A DNA stretch of 36,731 bases, taken from positions 1 through 36,731 of the forward strand of contig JBCNUW010000019.1 in the NCBI GenBank assembly GCA_039630575.1, read 5' to 3'. Positions 8,259 through 17,458 of the stretch are shown in pieces; position 1 is the first letter of the stretch; every line of letters begins with the position of its first letter. A model generated the notes under the pieces. It was not told the DNA's origin and did no database searches. It saw only the letters and a list, made by a program, of their open reading frames with translations. A program made the translations under genes and the position numbers. This stretch comes from Candidatus Hydrothermales bacterium (GTDB taxonomy: Bacteria > Hydrothermota > Hydrothermia > Hydrothermales > JAJRUZ01).

Positions 8259-10328
8259 ATGTCTACAAAAGCATTAAAAGAACTAATGAAAGAAATGGGA
8301 ATTGAAGTTAAATCTCATATAAGCCCTATAGATATAGACACGGAAAAAAGAATCAGAGAATTTATTGAGAAAAGAAAAACAGAAGAAATGGAAATGCTAA
8401 AGAAGAAAAAGGAAATATGGGGAGAAGAGGAAAAGACAAAAAAACAAATTGAAGAGGAACCTACTCTTACGGAAGAAGAAATAGAGACAAAATTAAAAGA
8501 AACACTCTCAAGATTAAGAACTGGTCCAAAAATCAAAAAAAAGTTTAAAAAGGAAAAAGAAGAAGTTGAGGAAGTTTTAGAGGAAAAAGTGGAAAGTAAA
8601 ATATACATTCCAGGTGCACTTACAGTTGGAGAATTTGCAAAAATGATGGGAGTAGATCCTGCGCAAGTAATAGAAAAATGCATTTCACATGGTCTTTTTA
8701 CCACAATAAACCAAATCCTTGACATTGATACAATGATAATAATTGGAGAAGAATTAGGCTTTAAAGTAGAAGTAAAAGCAGAAGAAATGGTTGAAGAAGA
8801 AGAAAAAGAATTAGAAGAGAAAAGACCACCTGTTATCACTGTTCTCGGACATGTTGATCACGGAAAAACAACCCTTCTTGACTATATAAGAAAGACAAAA
8901 TTGGCAGAAAAAGAACCTGGTAGAATAACTCAACATATAGGAGCCTACCAAATTGATTATAATAAACAAAAAATCACCTTTATTGACACACCAGGTCATG
9001 AGGCTTTCACAGCACTAAGAGCAAGAGGTGTAAAAGTAACTGATATTGCTCTTTTAGTTGTCGCAGCAAATGAGGGAGTCAAAGAACAAACAAAAGAAGC
9101 TATCTCCCATGCAAAAGCTGCTTCTGTACCCATAATTGTTGCAATAAATAAAATGGATCTTCCTAATGCTAACGCTGAAAAAGTCATGGCAGAACTATCT
9201 GAAGAAGGTCTTGTTCCTGAGGAATGGGGCGGAAATACAATTATGGTTCCAATATCGGCAAAAACAGGAATGGGTATTGATAATTTACTTGATGCAATTC
9301 TTTTGGTAGCTGAAGAACTAAACTTAAGAACAACCTATAAAGGAAAAGCTAAAGCTATTGTAATTGAAACAAAACTCGATAAAGGAAGAGGACCTCTCTG
9401 TACAGTAATAGTTCAAAGGGGAGTTTTAAGAAAAAAAGACCCTATACTTGTAGGCACAACTTGGGGAAGGGTTAGAAATCTATATAATGAGTGGGATCAA
9501 ATTATAGAAGAAGCATATCCATCAACCCCATGCGTTGTACAAGGTCTCGAAGAATTACCCTCCCCTGGCGATATCCTCATAACCATGCTCTCAGAAAAAG
9601 AAGCAAGGGAAGAAGCATATAAAAGAAAGGAGCTAAAAAAAGAACAAATAAAAAGAGCTGAACTTCAAACTGTCTTAACAAATATACAAGAAAAAATTAA
9701 AAAAGGTCTTGTTAAAGAATTACCTGTTATAATAAAGGCAGATACACAAGGATCTGCTGATGCCCTTTCTGATACTTTATCAAAAATGGTCTATGAAGAG
9801 ATAAGAGTAAACATAATCCATAAAGGGGTAGGAATTGTCTCTGAAAATGATGTACTACTTGCATCAGCCTCAAACGGTGTAATACTTGCATTTAATACTA
9901 ATATAGACTCAAAAGTAAAAAATCTTGCTAGAAACGAAAAAGTTTTGATTTTAGAACATAAAATCATATATCACGCCTTAGATGAGATCAAAAAAATCTT
10001 ATCCGGTATGCTTGAACCTGAGGAGGTAGAAGAAATTATTGGACAAGCTGAAGTAAGAAAAGTTTTTAAAGTCTCAAAATTTGGACAAATAGCTGGATGT
10101 ATAATAAAAAGTGGGAAAATTATCAAGGGATATACAGCAAGAGTTAAAAGAGATGGCAACGTAATTCATGAAGGTATAATTGATTCTTTAAAACATTACC
10201 AGGAAGATGCTCAAGAAATTGAATCTGGTAAAGAATGTGGTCTTCATATTGTAGAATATAAAGACATAAAAGAAGGAGATATAATTGAAGTATTTATAAG
10301 AATCAAAAAAGAAAAAACTTTAGAATGA
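8259..10328 (+). CDS. infB: Translation initiation factor IF-2 (true start probably upstream; frame open from 8148)
   Basis: RPPVITVLGHVDHGKTTLLD, ITQHIGAY, DTPGHEAF, NKMD, GKECG. IF2-N homology (KVRDLAKEL) begins before the first in-frame ATG. Confidence 0.97.
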   Translation: MSTKALKELMKEMGIEVKSHISPIDIDTEKRIREFIEKRKTEEMEMLKKKKEIWGEEEKTKKQIEEEPTLTEEEIETKLKETLSRLRTGPKIKKKFKKEKEEVEEVLEEKVESKIYIPGALTVGEFAKMMGVDPAQVIEKCISHGLFTTINQILDIDTMIIIGEELGFKVEVKAEEMVEEEEKELEEKRPPVITVLGHVDHGKTTLLDYIRKTKLAEKEPGRITQHIGAYQIDYNKQKITFIDTPGHEAFTALRARGVKVTDIALLVVAANEGVKEQTKEAISHAKAASVPIIVAINKMDLPNANAEKVMAELSEEGLVPEEWGGNTIMVPISAKTGMGIDNLLDAILLVAEELNLRTTYKGKAKAIVIETKLDKGRGPLCTVIVQRGVLRKKDPILVGTTWGRVRNLYNEWDQIIEEAYPSTPCVVQGLEELPSPGDILITMLSEKEAREEAYKRKELKKEQIKRAELQTVLTNIQEKIKKGLVKELPVIIKADTQGSADALSDTLSKMVYEEIRVNIIHKGVGIVSENDVLLASASNGVILAFNTNIDSKVKNLARNEKVLILEHKIIYHALDEIKKILSGMLEPEEVEEIIGQAEVRKVFKVSKFGQIAGCIIKSGKIIKGYTARVKRDGNVIHEGIIDSLKHYQEDAQEIESGKECGLHIVEYKDIKEGDIIEVFIRIKKEKTLE

Positions 10329-10600
10329 GTATAGGGGGCATAAGAGTGGAAATTTTAATTCAAGATAGTTTTTCATTAAAAGAGAAACGAAAAATCTTAA
10401 ACAGTCTAAAAGAGAAAATTTTAAACAATTTTAATGCTTCAATAGCAGAGATAGACGATAATGAAATATGGAATAAAAGCATAATAGATATTGCAATAGC
10501 AGCAAAAGACCAGTATAATTTAAACGATAGGATTTTAAAGATTAAAAATTTTCTAATGAGAGAAAATGGAATAGAAATACTAAAAATAGAGAAACTTTAA
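10325..10600 (+). CDS. DUF503 (YlxP-like) protein
   Basis: SLKEKR, FNASIAE motifs; conserved position between infB and rbfA. Confidence 0.88.
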   Translation: MSIGGIRVEILIQDSFSLKEKRKILNSLKEKILNNFNASIAEIDDNEIWNKSIIDIAIAAKDQYNLNDRILKIKNFLMRENGIEILKIEKL

Positions 10601-10611
10601 AGGAGTTCAAT

Positions 10612-10896
10612 TTGAAAACATATAGACCTGAGAGAATTTCAAAAGAAATAATGAAAGTTATAAATGAGGTAATAAGAGAGGATATAAATGATCCCAGAAT
10701 TGCTAATTTAATTATACTTGAAGTAGAAGTTTCCAACGATTTAAAAAAGGCAAAGATTCACTACACTCAATTGAAAGAAGAAAAAGAAGAAAACATTGAA
10801 AAAGTTTTGGAAAGGGCAAGAAGTTATATAAGAAAAAAAATAGCAGAAAAAATTGAACTAAAATTTATGCCTGAAATTTTCTTTATAAGGAGGTAG
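10612..10896 (+). CDS. rbfA: Ribosome-binding factor A
   Basis: R.ERI, DPRI, VEVS.DLKKAKI, MPEI.F; TTG start with AAGGAG RBS. Confidence 0.93.
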   Translation: MKTYRPERISKEIMKVINEVIREDINDPRIANLIILEVEVSNDLKKAKIHYTQLKEEKEENIEKVLERARSYIRKKIAEKIELKFMPEIFFIRR

Positions 10897-10904
10897 GGCA
10901 ATAT

Positions 10905-11819
10905 ATGGCAGAAAAAATAAACGGCTTCCTCAACATAAAAAAACCAAAAGGCTGGACAACCTATGATTGTGTGAGACATGTTAAAAAAACATTAAATGAA
11001 GAAAAGGTAGGACATGCAGGAAATCTTGATCCACATGCAACCGGTGTTGTAGTAATAGGTATTGGAAAAGCAACAAAACTTTTACCTTATGTTATGGATC
11101 TTGAAAAGGTATATATAGCTGACGTCAGACTCGGAATATTAACTGATACCTGGGATATAACTGGTGAAATCATTCAAAGAAAAGAAATTCCTGAATTTTC
11201 AAAAGAAAAGTTAGAAAAAATAATAAAAGAATTTGAAGGTGAAATAGAACAAATACCACCACCCTATTCTGCTGTTAGAAAAGGTGGAAAAAGACTATAT
11301 GAACTAGCTAGACAAGGCATAATTGTCACTCCAAAATCTAAAAAAGTATTCATAAAGCAAATAAGCCTTTTAGATATCAGAAAAAATAGTTTCACAATAA
11401 GAGTAACCTGTTCAAAAGGAACTTATATAAGAGCCCTCGCAAAAGATATTGCAGAAAAATTAGGCACACTTGGTGTAATTGAAAATCTGTTGAGAGAAAG
11501 AGTTGGACATTTTTACATAAAGGAATCTATTGACCCCAATGAAGATCTTCTTTCCCATTTAAAACCTCTTGAATATGGAGTCCTTCACTTCGGAGAAGTT
11601 TCACTTAAAAAGGAAGCAGCTGATGACTTTGAAAGGGGAATTCCTATTCCTTTTACTAGTTTTTTAAGATTTTCAGCAAATTTAAAAAGGTTTTCCTATG
11701 TTAGAGTTTATGACGAAACAAAAAATTTTATAGGAATAGGTCAGATAGATGTGGAATATCTTAATCCAAGAAAAGTTTTCTCAAAATTTGAAGAATCGGC
11801 ACAAATTGAAGATATATAG
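10905..11819 (+). CDS. truB: tRNA pseudouridine(55) synthase
   Basis: KVGHAGNLDP.ATG, Q.PP.YSA, CSKGTYIRALA.D. Confidence 0.96.
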   Translation: MAEKINGFLNIKKPKGWTTYDCVRHVKKTLNEEKVGHAGNLDPHATGVVVIGIGKATKLLPYVMDLEKVYIADVRLGILTDTWDITGEIIQRKEIPEFSKEKLEKIIKEFEGEIEQIPPPYSAVRKGGKRLYELARQGIIVTPKSKKVFIKQISLLDIRKNSFTIRVTCSKGTYIRALAKDIAEKLGTLGVIENLLRERVGHFYIKESIDPNEDLLSHLKPLEYGVLHFGEVSLKKEAADDFERGIPIPFTSFLRFSANLKRFSYVRVYDETKNFIGIGQIDVEYLNPRKVFSKFEESAQIEDI

Positions 11820-12747
11820 AATAAACTTTCCAGATTTCCCAAAAACAGAAGACATTATTTTAATAGTAGGAAATTTTGACGGCGTTCATCTAGGACATAA
11901 ACTCTTGATTGAGGAAGGAAAAAAAATCTCTAAAATATTTAAAAAAAAACTGGTTATCTTAACCTTTGAACCACATCCCTATCTTTTTTTTCATAAAAAC
12001 AAAAAAAATTTTCTTTTAACTACCCTTGAAGAAAAAATCGAAATCATTAAAAGTTTAAAAGTCGACGAACTATGGATATTAAATTTTAACGAAAAAATTG
12101 CCGAAACTTCTCCAGAAGATTTCCTAAAGCAACTTTTTAGGATCCAAATATCAAGATTAATCATTGGTCCTGACCACACTTTTGGTAAAGATAAAAAGGG
12201 AAACATATTTACCTTATACGAAATTGCAAGAGAAAAAGATGTAATATTAACACTTTTCCCCCTTGTTAAATATAAAAACAGAAAAATATCAAGTACAAGG
12301 ATAAGAGAGTTGATAGAAAAAGGAGAGATAGAGGAAGCAAACAAACTTTTAGGATATAAATTCTTTATAAATGGAGAAAAAATTAAAGGCTCTGGTAGAG
12401 GAAAAAAAATTGGCTTTCCTACTATAAATTTAAAAATATCTGATCTAAAAGTAAAACCAAAAGAAGGAGTTTATATAGTGGAAGTTTTTATTGGAAATAA
12501 AAATTTTAGAGGGCTTTTATATTACGGTAACCGCCCAACATTTAATGAAGAAGAAAAAATTTTTGAAGTTCATCTTTTTGATTTTAAAGAAGAATTTAAA
12601 ATAAAAAAATTAAAAGTAGATTTTTATAAGTTTATTAGAAGCGATAAAAAATTTGAAAATGAGATGGAATTAAAAAAACAAATTGAAAAAGATGTAAATA
12701 TAGGATATACTTTTTTTTTAAATATGGGTTCAACTCCCATAAAATAG
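11806..12747 (+). CDS. ribF: Bifunctional riboflavin kinase/FAD synthetase
   Basis: GNFDGVHLGH, TFEPHP, ISSTRIR, GRGKKIGFPTIN, RPTF, EVH. In-frame TTG at 11806 preferred over GTG 11749, which overlaps truB by 71 nt. Confidence 0.95.
   Translation: MKIYRINFPDFPKTEDIILIVGNFDGVHLGHKLLIEEGKKISKIFKKKLVILTFEPHPYLFFHKNKKNFLLTTLEEKIEIIKSLKVDELWILNFNEKIAETSPEDFLKQLFRIQISRLIIGPDHTFGKDKKGNIFTLYEIAREKDVILTLFPLVKYKNRKISSTRIRELIEKGEIEEANKLLGYKFFINGEKIKGSGRGKKIGFPTINLKISDLKVKPKEGVYIVEVFIGNKNFRGLLYYGNRPTFNEEEKIFEVHLFDFKEEFKIKKLKVDFYKFIRSDKKFENEMELKKQIEKDVNIGYTFFLNMGSTPIK
12683..12711 (+). promoter_or_regulatory. Internal promoter for rpsO-pnp inside the 3' end of ribF
   Basis: TTGAAA (12683-12688), 17 bp, TATACT (12706-12711). 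Confidence 0.6.
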
Positions 12748-12757
12748 CCTTTCTAAA

Positions 12758-13024
12758 ATGCTAAATAAACAGAAAAAAAGAGAAATAATTGAAAAATTTA
12801 AAATTAACGAAAAGGACACAGGAAGCGAAGCTATCCAAGTTGCCTTAATAACAGAAAGAATAAATTACCTTACTGAACACCTTAAAAAACATAAAAAAGA
12901 TGTACACTCCAGATACGGATTAATAAAACTTGTTGGTAAAAGAAAAAGACTTTTAAATTATCTCAAAAAGAAAGACTATAAGTTATATTCAAAAGTAGTA
13001 AATGAACTTGGATTAAGAGGATAA
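12758..13024 (+). CDS. rpsO: 30S ribosomal protein S15
   Basis: DTGS..IQVALITERI..LTEHLK.HKKD.HSR.GL.KLVGKRKRLL.YL; 88 aa. Confidence 0.98.
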   Translation: MLNKQKKREIIEKFKINEKDTGSEAIQVALITERINYLTEHLKKHKKDVHSRYGLIKLVGKRKRLLNYLKKKDYKLYSKVVNELGLRG

Positions 13025-13025
13025 A

Positions 13026-15119
13026 TTGAAATCTTATAAAATTAATTTAGATAACTCAGAAATAATAATTGAAATTGGAGAAATTGCGAGACAGAGCCAA
13101 GCTTCAGTTTTAGTTAAAAGTGGAGAAACTGTTATTTTAGCTTTAGCACTTTCCTCACGTAAAACTGAAAAAACTGATTTTCTACCACTGCTTGTAGAGT
13201 ATAGAGAACAAACCTTTGCAGCTGGCAAAATACCCGGAGGATTCATAAAAAGAGAAGGAAGACCAAGGGATAAAGAAATAATTTATGGAAGAGCCATTGA
13301 TAGAAGCATAAGACCTCACTTCCCAGAAGGTTTTACAGATGAAGTAGAGATTGTAGTTTTGCTTTTATCTTATGACATGGAACATGAGGGAGACCTTCTT
13401 GGTATAATTGGAGCATCCTGTGCCTTAACTATTTCGGATATACCATTTCTTGGTCCAATCGGAGCTGTAAGAGTAGGAAAAATAAATGGAAAATTTATAA
13501 TAAACCCTAAAAGAAGTGAACTTGAAAAAAGCGAATTCAACCTTTTACTATCCGGAAAAAAAGAAGGAATAAGCATGATAGAATTTCAGGGAAGGGAAAT
13601 AAAAGAAGAAGAAATACTTGAAGCAGTGAAATTTGCAAAACCCTATATTGAAAAATTAGTTTTATTTCAAGAAAAAATTCAAAACGAAATAGGTAAGGAT
13701 AAATACGATTATAATAGAATATATATTGATGATGAGATTGCCCAAAAAATAAACACCTATAGAGATGAGTTAGAAAAAAAACTATTTATTCAAGAAAAAA
13801 CCTTGAGAACAAAAGCGTTAGAAGAATTAAGAGAAAAAATAATAAGTGAATTAATTAAAGAATTCCCAGAAAAAGAATTAGAAATAAAAATAGCTTTAAG
13901 TAACTGTGAAAAAGATATAGTAAGACAAAAAACCGTAAAAGAGAAAAAGAGAATGGACGGAAGATCTTTAAATGAAATAAGACCGATTCGGTGTGAAATT
14001 TCAGTTTTACCAAGAACACATGGATCAGCTATCTTTACAAGAGGCGAAACCCAAGCTCTTTGTGTTACAACTTTGGGAACAAAAGAAGATGCTCAAAGGC
14101 TAAGTGAACTTGAAGGAGAAGAAGTAAAAAGATTCATGCTTCATTATATGTTTCCCGGATTCTCAACAGGAGAAATTTCGCCCTTAAAGGGACCTTCAAG
14201 AAGGGAAATTGGACATGGCTATCTTGCTGAAAAAGCTTTGGAACCGTTGATGCCTTCAGAAGAGAAATTTCCCTACACAGTAAGAGTTGTCTCACTAATA
14301 CTCGAATCTAACGGTTCAACTTCAATGGCCTCTGTATGTGGAGCTTCCCTTTCCCTTATGGATGCAGGAATTCCAATAAAAGCATCTTGTGCAGGAATTT
14401 CTATAGGTTGGATGGATTATGATGGTGAAGATGTTTTACTAACTGATATTATAGGTTCTGAGGATCATTATGGAAACATGGATCTAAAAATTGCAGGAAC
14501 ATACAAGGGAGTTACAGCAATACAACTTGATATAAAAAAGACTTTTTTACCAGATCATATTTTTGAAAAAGCACTATTTGAAGCAAAAAGAGCAAGAGAA
14601 TTTATCCTTCATACAATGTCTAAAACAATTAAAGAACCAAGAAGTTCAATATCAAAATATGCTCCAAAGGTAAGAGCTTTTGTTATACCAAAGGAAAAGA
14701 TAGGTGAAGTAATAGGACCAAGTGGGAGGGTCATAAAGAGAATAATAGAAAAAACCAATGTAAAAATAGATATCGATGATACAACAGGTGAAGTATTTGT
14801 CTATGGAGATCAAAGTGAAAATGTTGAAGAAGCCCAGAGAATGATTGAAGAAATAGTTCAGGATGTAAAGGTCGGAAAAGTATACATTGGAAAAGTAAAA
14901 AGAGTGGAAAACTTTGGTGTTTTTGTTGAAATTATTCCTGGAAAAGTTGGACTTTTACATATCTCAGAATGGTCTCCATATAAAATAAGAAATTTAATTC
15001 AAGAGGTAAAAGTTGGTGATGAAATAATTGTAAAGGTAATAGGAATTGACGAATTGGGAAGAATAAGGTTATCAAGAAAAAATATTGAAACTAATTTAAA
15101 AAGTGAAAAAATAATGTAA
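13026..15119 (+). CDS. pnp: Polyribonucleotide nucleotidyltransferase
   Basis: GKIPGGFIKREGRP, HGSAIFTRGETQ, RREIGHG, ESNGSTSMAS, KH and S1 domains. Confidence 0.98.
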   Translation: MKSYKINLDNSEIIIEIGEIARQSQASVLVKSGETVILALALSSRKTEKTDFLPLLVEYREQTFAAGKIPGGFIKREGRPRDKEIIYGRAIDRSIRPHFPEGFTDEVEIVVLLLSYDMEHEGDLLGIIGASCALTISDIPFLGPIGAVRVGKINGKFIINPKRSELEKSEFNLLLSGKKEGISMIEFQGREIKEEEILEAVKFAKPYIEKLVLFQEKIQNEIGKDKYDYNRIYIDDEIAQKINTYRDELEKKLFIQEKTLRTKALEELREKIISELIKEFPEKELEIKIALSNCEKDIVRQKTVKEKKRMDGRSLNEIRPIRCEISVLPRTHGSAIFTRGETQALCVTTLGTKEDAQRLSELEGEEVKRFMLHYMFPGFSTGEISPLKGPSRREIGHGYLAEKALEPLMPSEEKFPYTVRVVSLILESNGSTSMASVCGASLSLMDAGIPIKASCAGISIGWMDYDGEDVLLTDIIGSEDHYGNMDLKIAGTYKGVTAIQLDIKKTFLPDHIFEKALFEAKRAREFILHTMSKTIKEPRSSISKYAPKVRAFVIPKEKIGEVIGPSGRVIKRIIEKTNVKIDIDDTTGEVFVYGDQSENVEEAQRMIEEIVQDVKVGKVYIGKVKRVENFGVFVEIIPGKVGLLHISEWSPYKIRNLIQEVKVGDEIIVKVIGIDELGRIRLSRKNIETNLKSEKIM

Positions 15120-15161
15120 ATTAAAAAAGGTTCAAATCCAAAATTTTTCAAATTTGAAATT

Positions 15162-16346
15162 ATGTCAGAATCAATGCTATTTGAACTAAAAAAATTTTTT
15201 GACTTGGATGACTACCTAACTGAAGAAGAAAAACTTATAAGAGATACCATAAGAGATTTTATAAAAAAAGAAGTTCTTCCTTATATAGGTGAATGGTGGT
15301 TAAAAGGTGAATTTCCAAAACATCTGATTCCCCAGATGGCTGAACTTGGTTTATTTGGACCTACTATACCTGAAAAATATGGAGGAGCTGGACTTGGTTA
15401 TGTTGCGTATGGTTTAATGATGCAAGAACTTGAATATGGAGATTCTGGAATAAGAAGTTTTTGCTCTGTTCAGTCTTCTCTTGCTATGTACTCTATATAT
15501 ACCTTCGGATCTGAAGAACAAAAAAACAAGTACTTGCCCGAAATGGCTAAAGGTAAATTAATAGGTAGCTACGGTTTAACTGAACCGAACGCTGGAAGTG
15601 ACCCAGATTCAATGGAAAGTAGGTGTAAAAAAGATGGAAATCACTGGATTATCAATGGAAGAAAAATGTGGATTACAAATGGGTCTACCTGTGATTTATC
15701 TATCATATGGGCTAAAGATGAAAACAACAGAATCCAGGGATTTATAGTAGAAAAAGGCACAAAGGGCTTTGAATCAAAAGAGATAAAAACAAAAATATCT
15801 TTAAGAGCGTCAGATACTTCAGAATTAATCCTTGATGAAGTAAAGGTTCCTGATTCACAAAGACTACCAAATACAGAAGGTTTAAAATCTGCTTTAATGC
15901 CTTTAAATGAAGCAAGATACGGAATTACCTGGGGTTGTATAGGATCTGCCTGGGCTTGCTTTGATGAAGCATACAAACATGCCCTTGTAAGAGAACAGTT
16001 TAAAAAGAAAATAGCATCCTTCCAAATAATTCAAGAAAAACTAGTTGATATGTTTGAGAAAATATGGAAAGGACAACTCCTCTGTCTACACCTTGGAAGA
16101 ATGAAAGAAAAAGGGAAAGCAAGATACATACACGTATCACTTGTTAAAAGAAATAACACCAAGTTGGCACTTGAAGTCGCAAGAGAAGCAAGAGTAATTT
16201 TAGGAGCTTACGGTATAACAACAGAATATAATTCATTAAGACACGCTAATAACCTTGAAAGTGTGCATACCTATGAAGGAACCTATGAAATTCATACTCT
16301 CATTGTAGGTAGATATCTAACAGGAATTGACGCAATAGATAGATAA
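15162..16346 (+). CDS. Acyl-CoA dehydrogenase (glutaryl-CoA dehydrogenase-like)
   Basis: ELEYGDSGIRSF.SVQSSL, GLTEPNAGSDP, KMWITNG, LNEARYGI.WG, TYEGT. Confidence 0.9.
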   Translation: MSESMLFELKKFFDLDDYLTEEEKLIRDTIRDFIKKEVLPYIGEWWLKGEFPKHLIPQMAELGLFGPTIPEKYGGAGLGYVAYGLMMQELEYGDSGIRSFCSVQSSLAMYSIYTFGSEEQKNKYLPEMAKGKLIGSYGLTEPNAGSDPDSMESRCKKDGNHWIINGRKMWITNGSTCDLSIIWAKDENNRIQGFIVEKGTKGFESKEIKTKISLRASDTSELILDEVKVPDSQRLPNTEGLKSALMPLNEARYGITWGCIGSAWACFDEAYKHALVREQFKKKIASFQIIQEKLVDMFEKIWKGQLLCLHLGRMKEKGKARYIHVSLVKRNNTKLALEVAREARVILGAYGITTEYNSLRHANNLESVHTYEGTYEIHTLIVGRYLTGIDAIDR

Positions 16347-16358
16347 TTTTAGCTCTTA

Positions 16359-17333
16359 ATGGACTATTTTAAATCAGAAGAGGATTTCGTAGATTTTATA
16401 AAAAAGTTTCAATTTCCTCATCCTTATTTAAGAGAAGGAATCGGTGAAGACACAGCTATATTGGAACTTGATACTAAACTAATTTCCGTTACAACCGATT
16501 CTTACTCAGAGGAAATACACTTCAGAAGAAATTATTTGACTTTGAGGGAAATAGCCTATCGTACCACAGCAGGAGCTCTAAGTGATCTTGCAGCTTGTGG
16601 AGCAAAACCGATAACAATTCTTATATCACTTTTAATACCTGAAAATTTTCGGAAAAGTGAAATAGAAGAATTTTACATAGGGATTATAGAGGTTTCTAAC
16701 AATTTTGGAATTTCAATTTCTGGTGGTGATCTGATAAAGATAAAAGGTAAATTTTCTTTTACGATCACCTGTATTGGAGAAATAATCGATTATCCAATAT
16801 TAAGAAAAGGTGCTAAAGAAAATGATTTAGTGTGCATAACAGGTGATACAGGAAGAGTTCTTGCTTCACTTGAAATACTTGAAAATAATCTTGAGGTTGA
16901 TGAAAAAATAAAGAAAAAACTGATAGAGAAATTCAAATATCCTAAACCGAGGATTGCAGAAATTATTGAGTTAAAGGAAAAAATAAAGATTAACTCTGGT
17001 ATTGACATTTCAGATGGTATTTCAAAGGATGCAAAAAGATTAGCAAAAGCCTCTGGTGTAAAGATAGTATTGGAGGAAGAGAGGCTGCCCATTTTCCCAG
17101 AGCTTTTCTCTTTTGCAAATTTATTGAAAAAAGATCCACTTTATTATATCACCAATTCAGGGGAAGAGTACGAAGTGCTATTCACAGTTCCTGAAACTGA
17201 ACTGAATAAATTACCTAAATGGATAACTGTTATAGGAAGAGTTGAAAGAGGAGAAGGTCTTTTCATTAAGGATAAAAAAGGAAATATTAAAGAGTTAAAA
17301 GGAGGTTATGATTTTTTCGAGATAGGTAAATGA
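16359..17333 (+). CDS. thiL: Thiamine-phosphate kinase
   Basis: GIGEDTA, LSDLAACGA, GGD, IDISDG, GEEYE.LF. Confidence 0.93.
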   Translation: MDYFKSEEDFVDFIKKFQFPHPYLREGIGEDTAILELDTKLISVTTDSYSEEIHFRRNYLTLREIAYRTTAGALSDLAACGAKPITILISLLIPENFRKSEIEEFYIGIIEVSNNFGISISGGDLIKIKGKFSFTITCIGEIIDYPILRKGAKENDLVCITGDTGRVLASLEILENNLEVDEKIKKKLIEKFKYPKPRIAEIIELKEKIKINSGIDISDGISKDAKRLAKASGVKIVLEEERLPIFPELFSFANLLKKDPLYYITNSGEEYEVLFTVPETELNKLPKWITVIGRVERGEGLFIKDKKGNIKELKGGYDFFEIGK

Positions 17334-17335
17334 TT

Positions 17336-17364
17336 TTGAAAAATTTTAAAATTGAGAATAAAAT
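17336..17364 (+). promoter_or_regulatory. Promoter for tRNA-Arg and downstream genes
   Basis: TTGAAA (17336-17341), 17 bp, TAAAAT (17359-17364), 8 nt before the tRNA 5' end. Confidence 0.6.
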
Positions 17365-17372
17365 TAAATGAA

Positions 17373-17446
17373 GCGCCCGTAGCTTAATTGGATAGAGCAC
17401 AGGGTTGCGGACCCTGAGGTTGTGGGTTCAAATCCCACCGGGCGCG
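17373..17446 (+). tRNA. tRNA-Arg(GCG)
   Basis: Cloverleaf: acceptor GCGCCCG/CGGGCGC, D arm GCTT..GAGC, anticodon stem CAGGG/CCCTG with loop TT-GCG-GA (anticodon 17407-17409), T arm GTGGG-TTCAAAT-CCCAC, discriminator G. CCA is not encoded. Confidence 0.96.
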
Positions 17447-17458
17447 AAAAAGTTGAAA

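Noticed and set aside
7111..10159. Many S/F/I-rich minus-strand ORFs over nusA and infB (and similar ORFs opposite other genes)
   Set aside because: Their composition is the reverse complement of K/E-rich sense codons, so they are shadow ORFs.
17405..17458. N-terminal extension of the HAD ORF in the track
   Set aside because: It starts inside the tRNA; the HAD motif begins right after ATG 17459.
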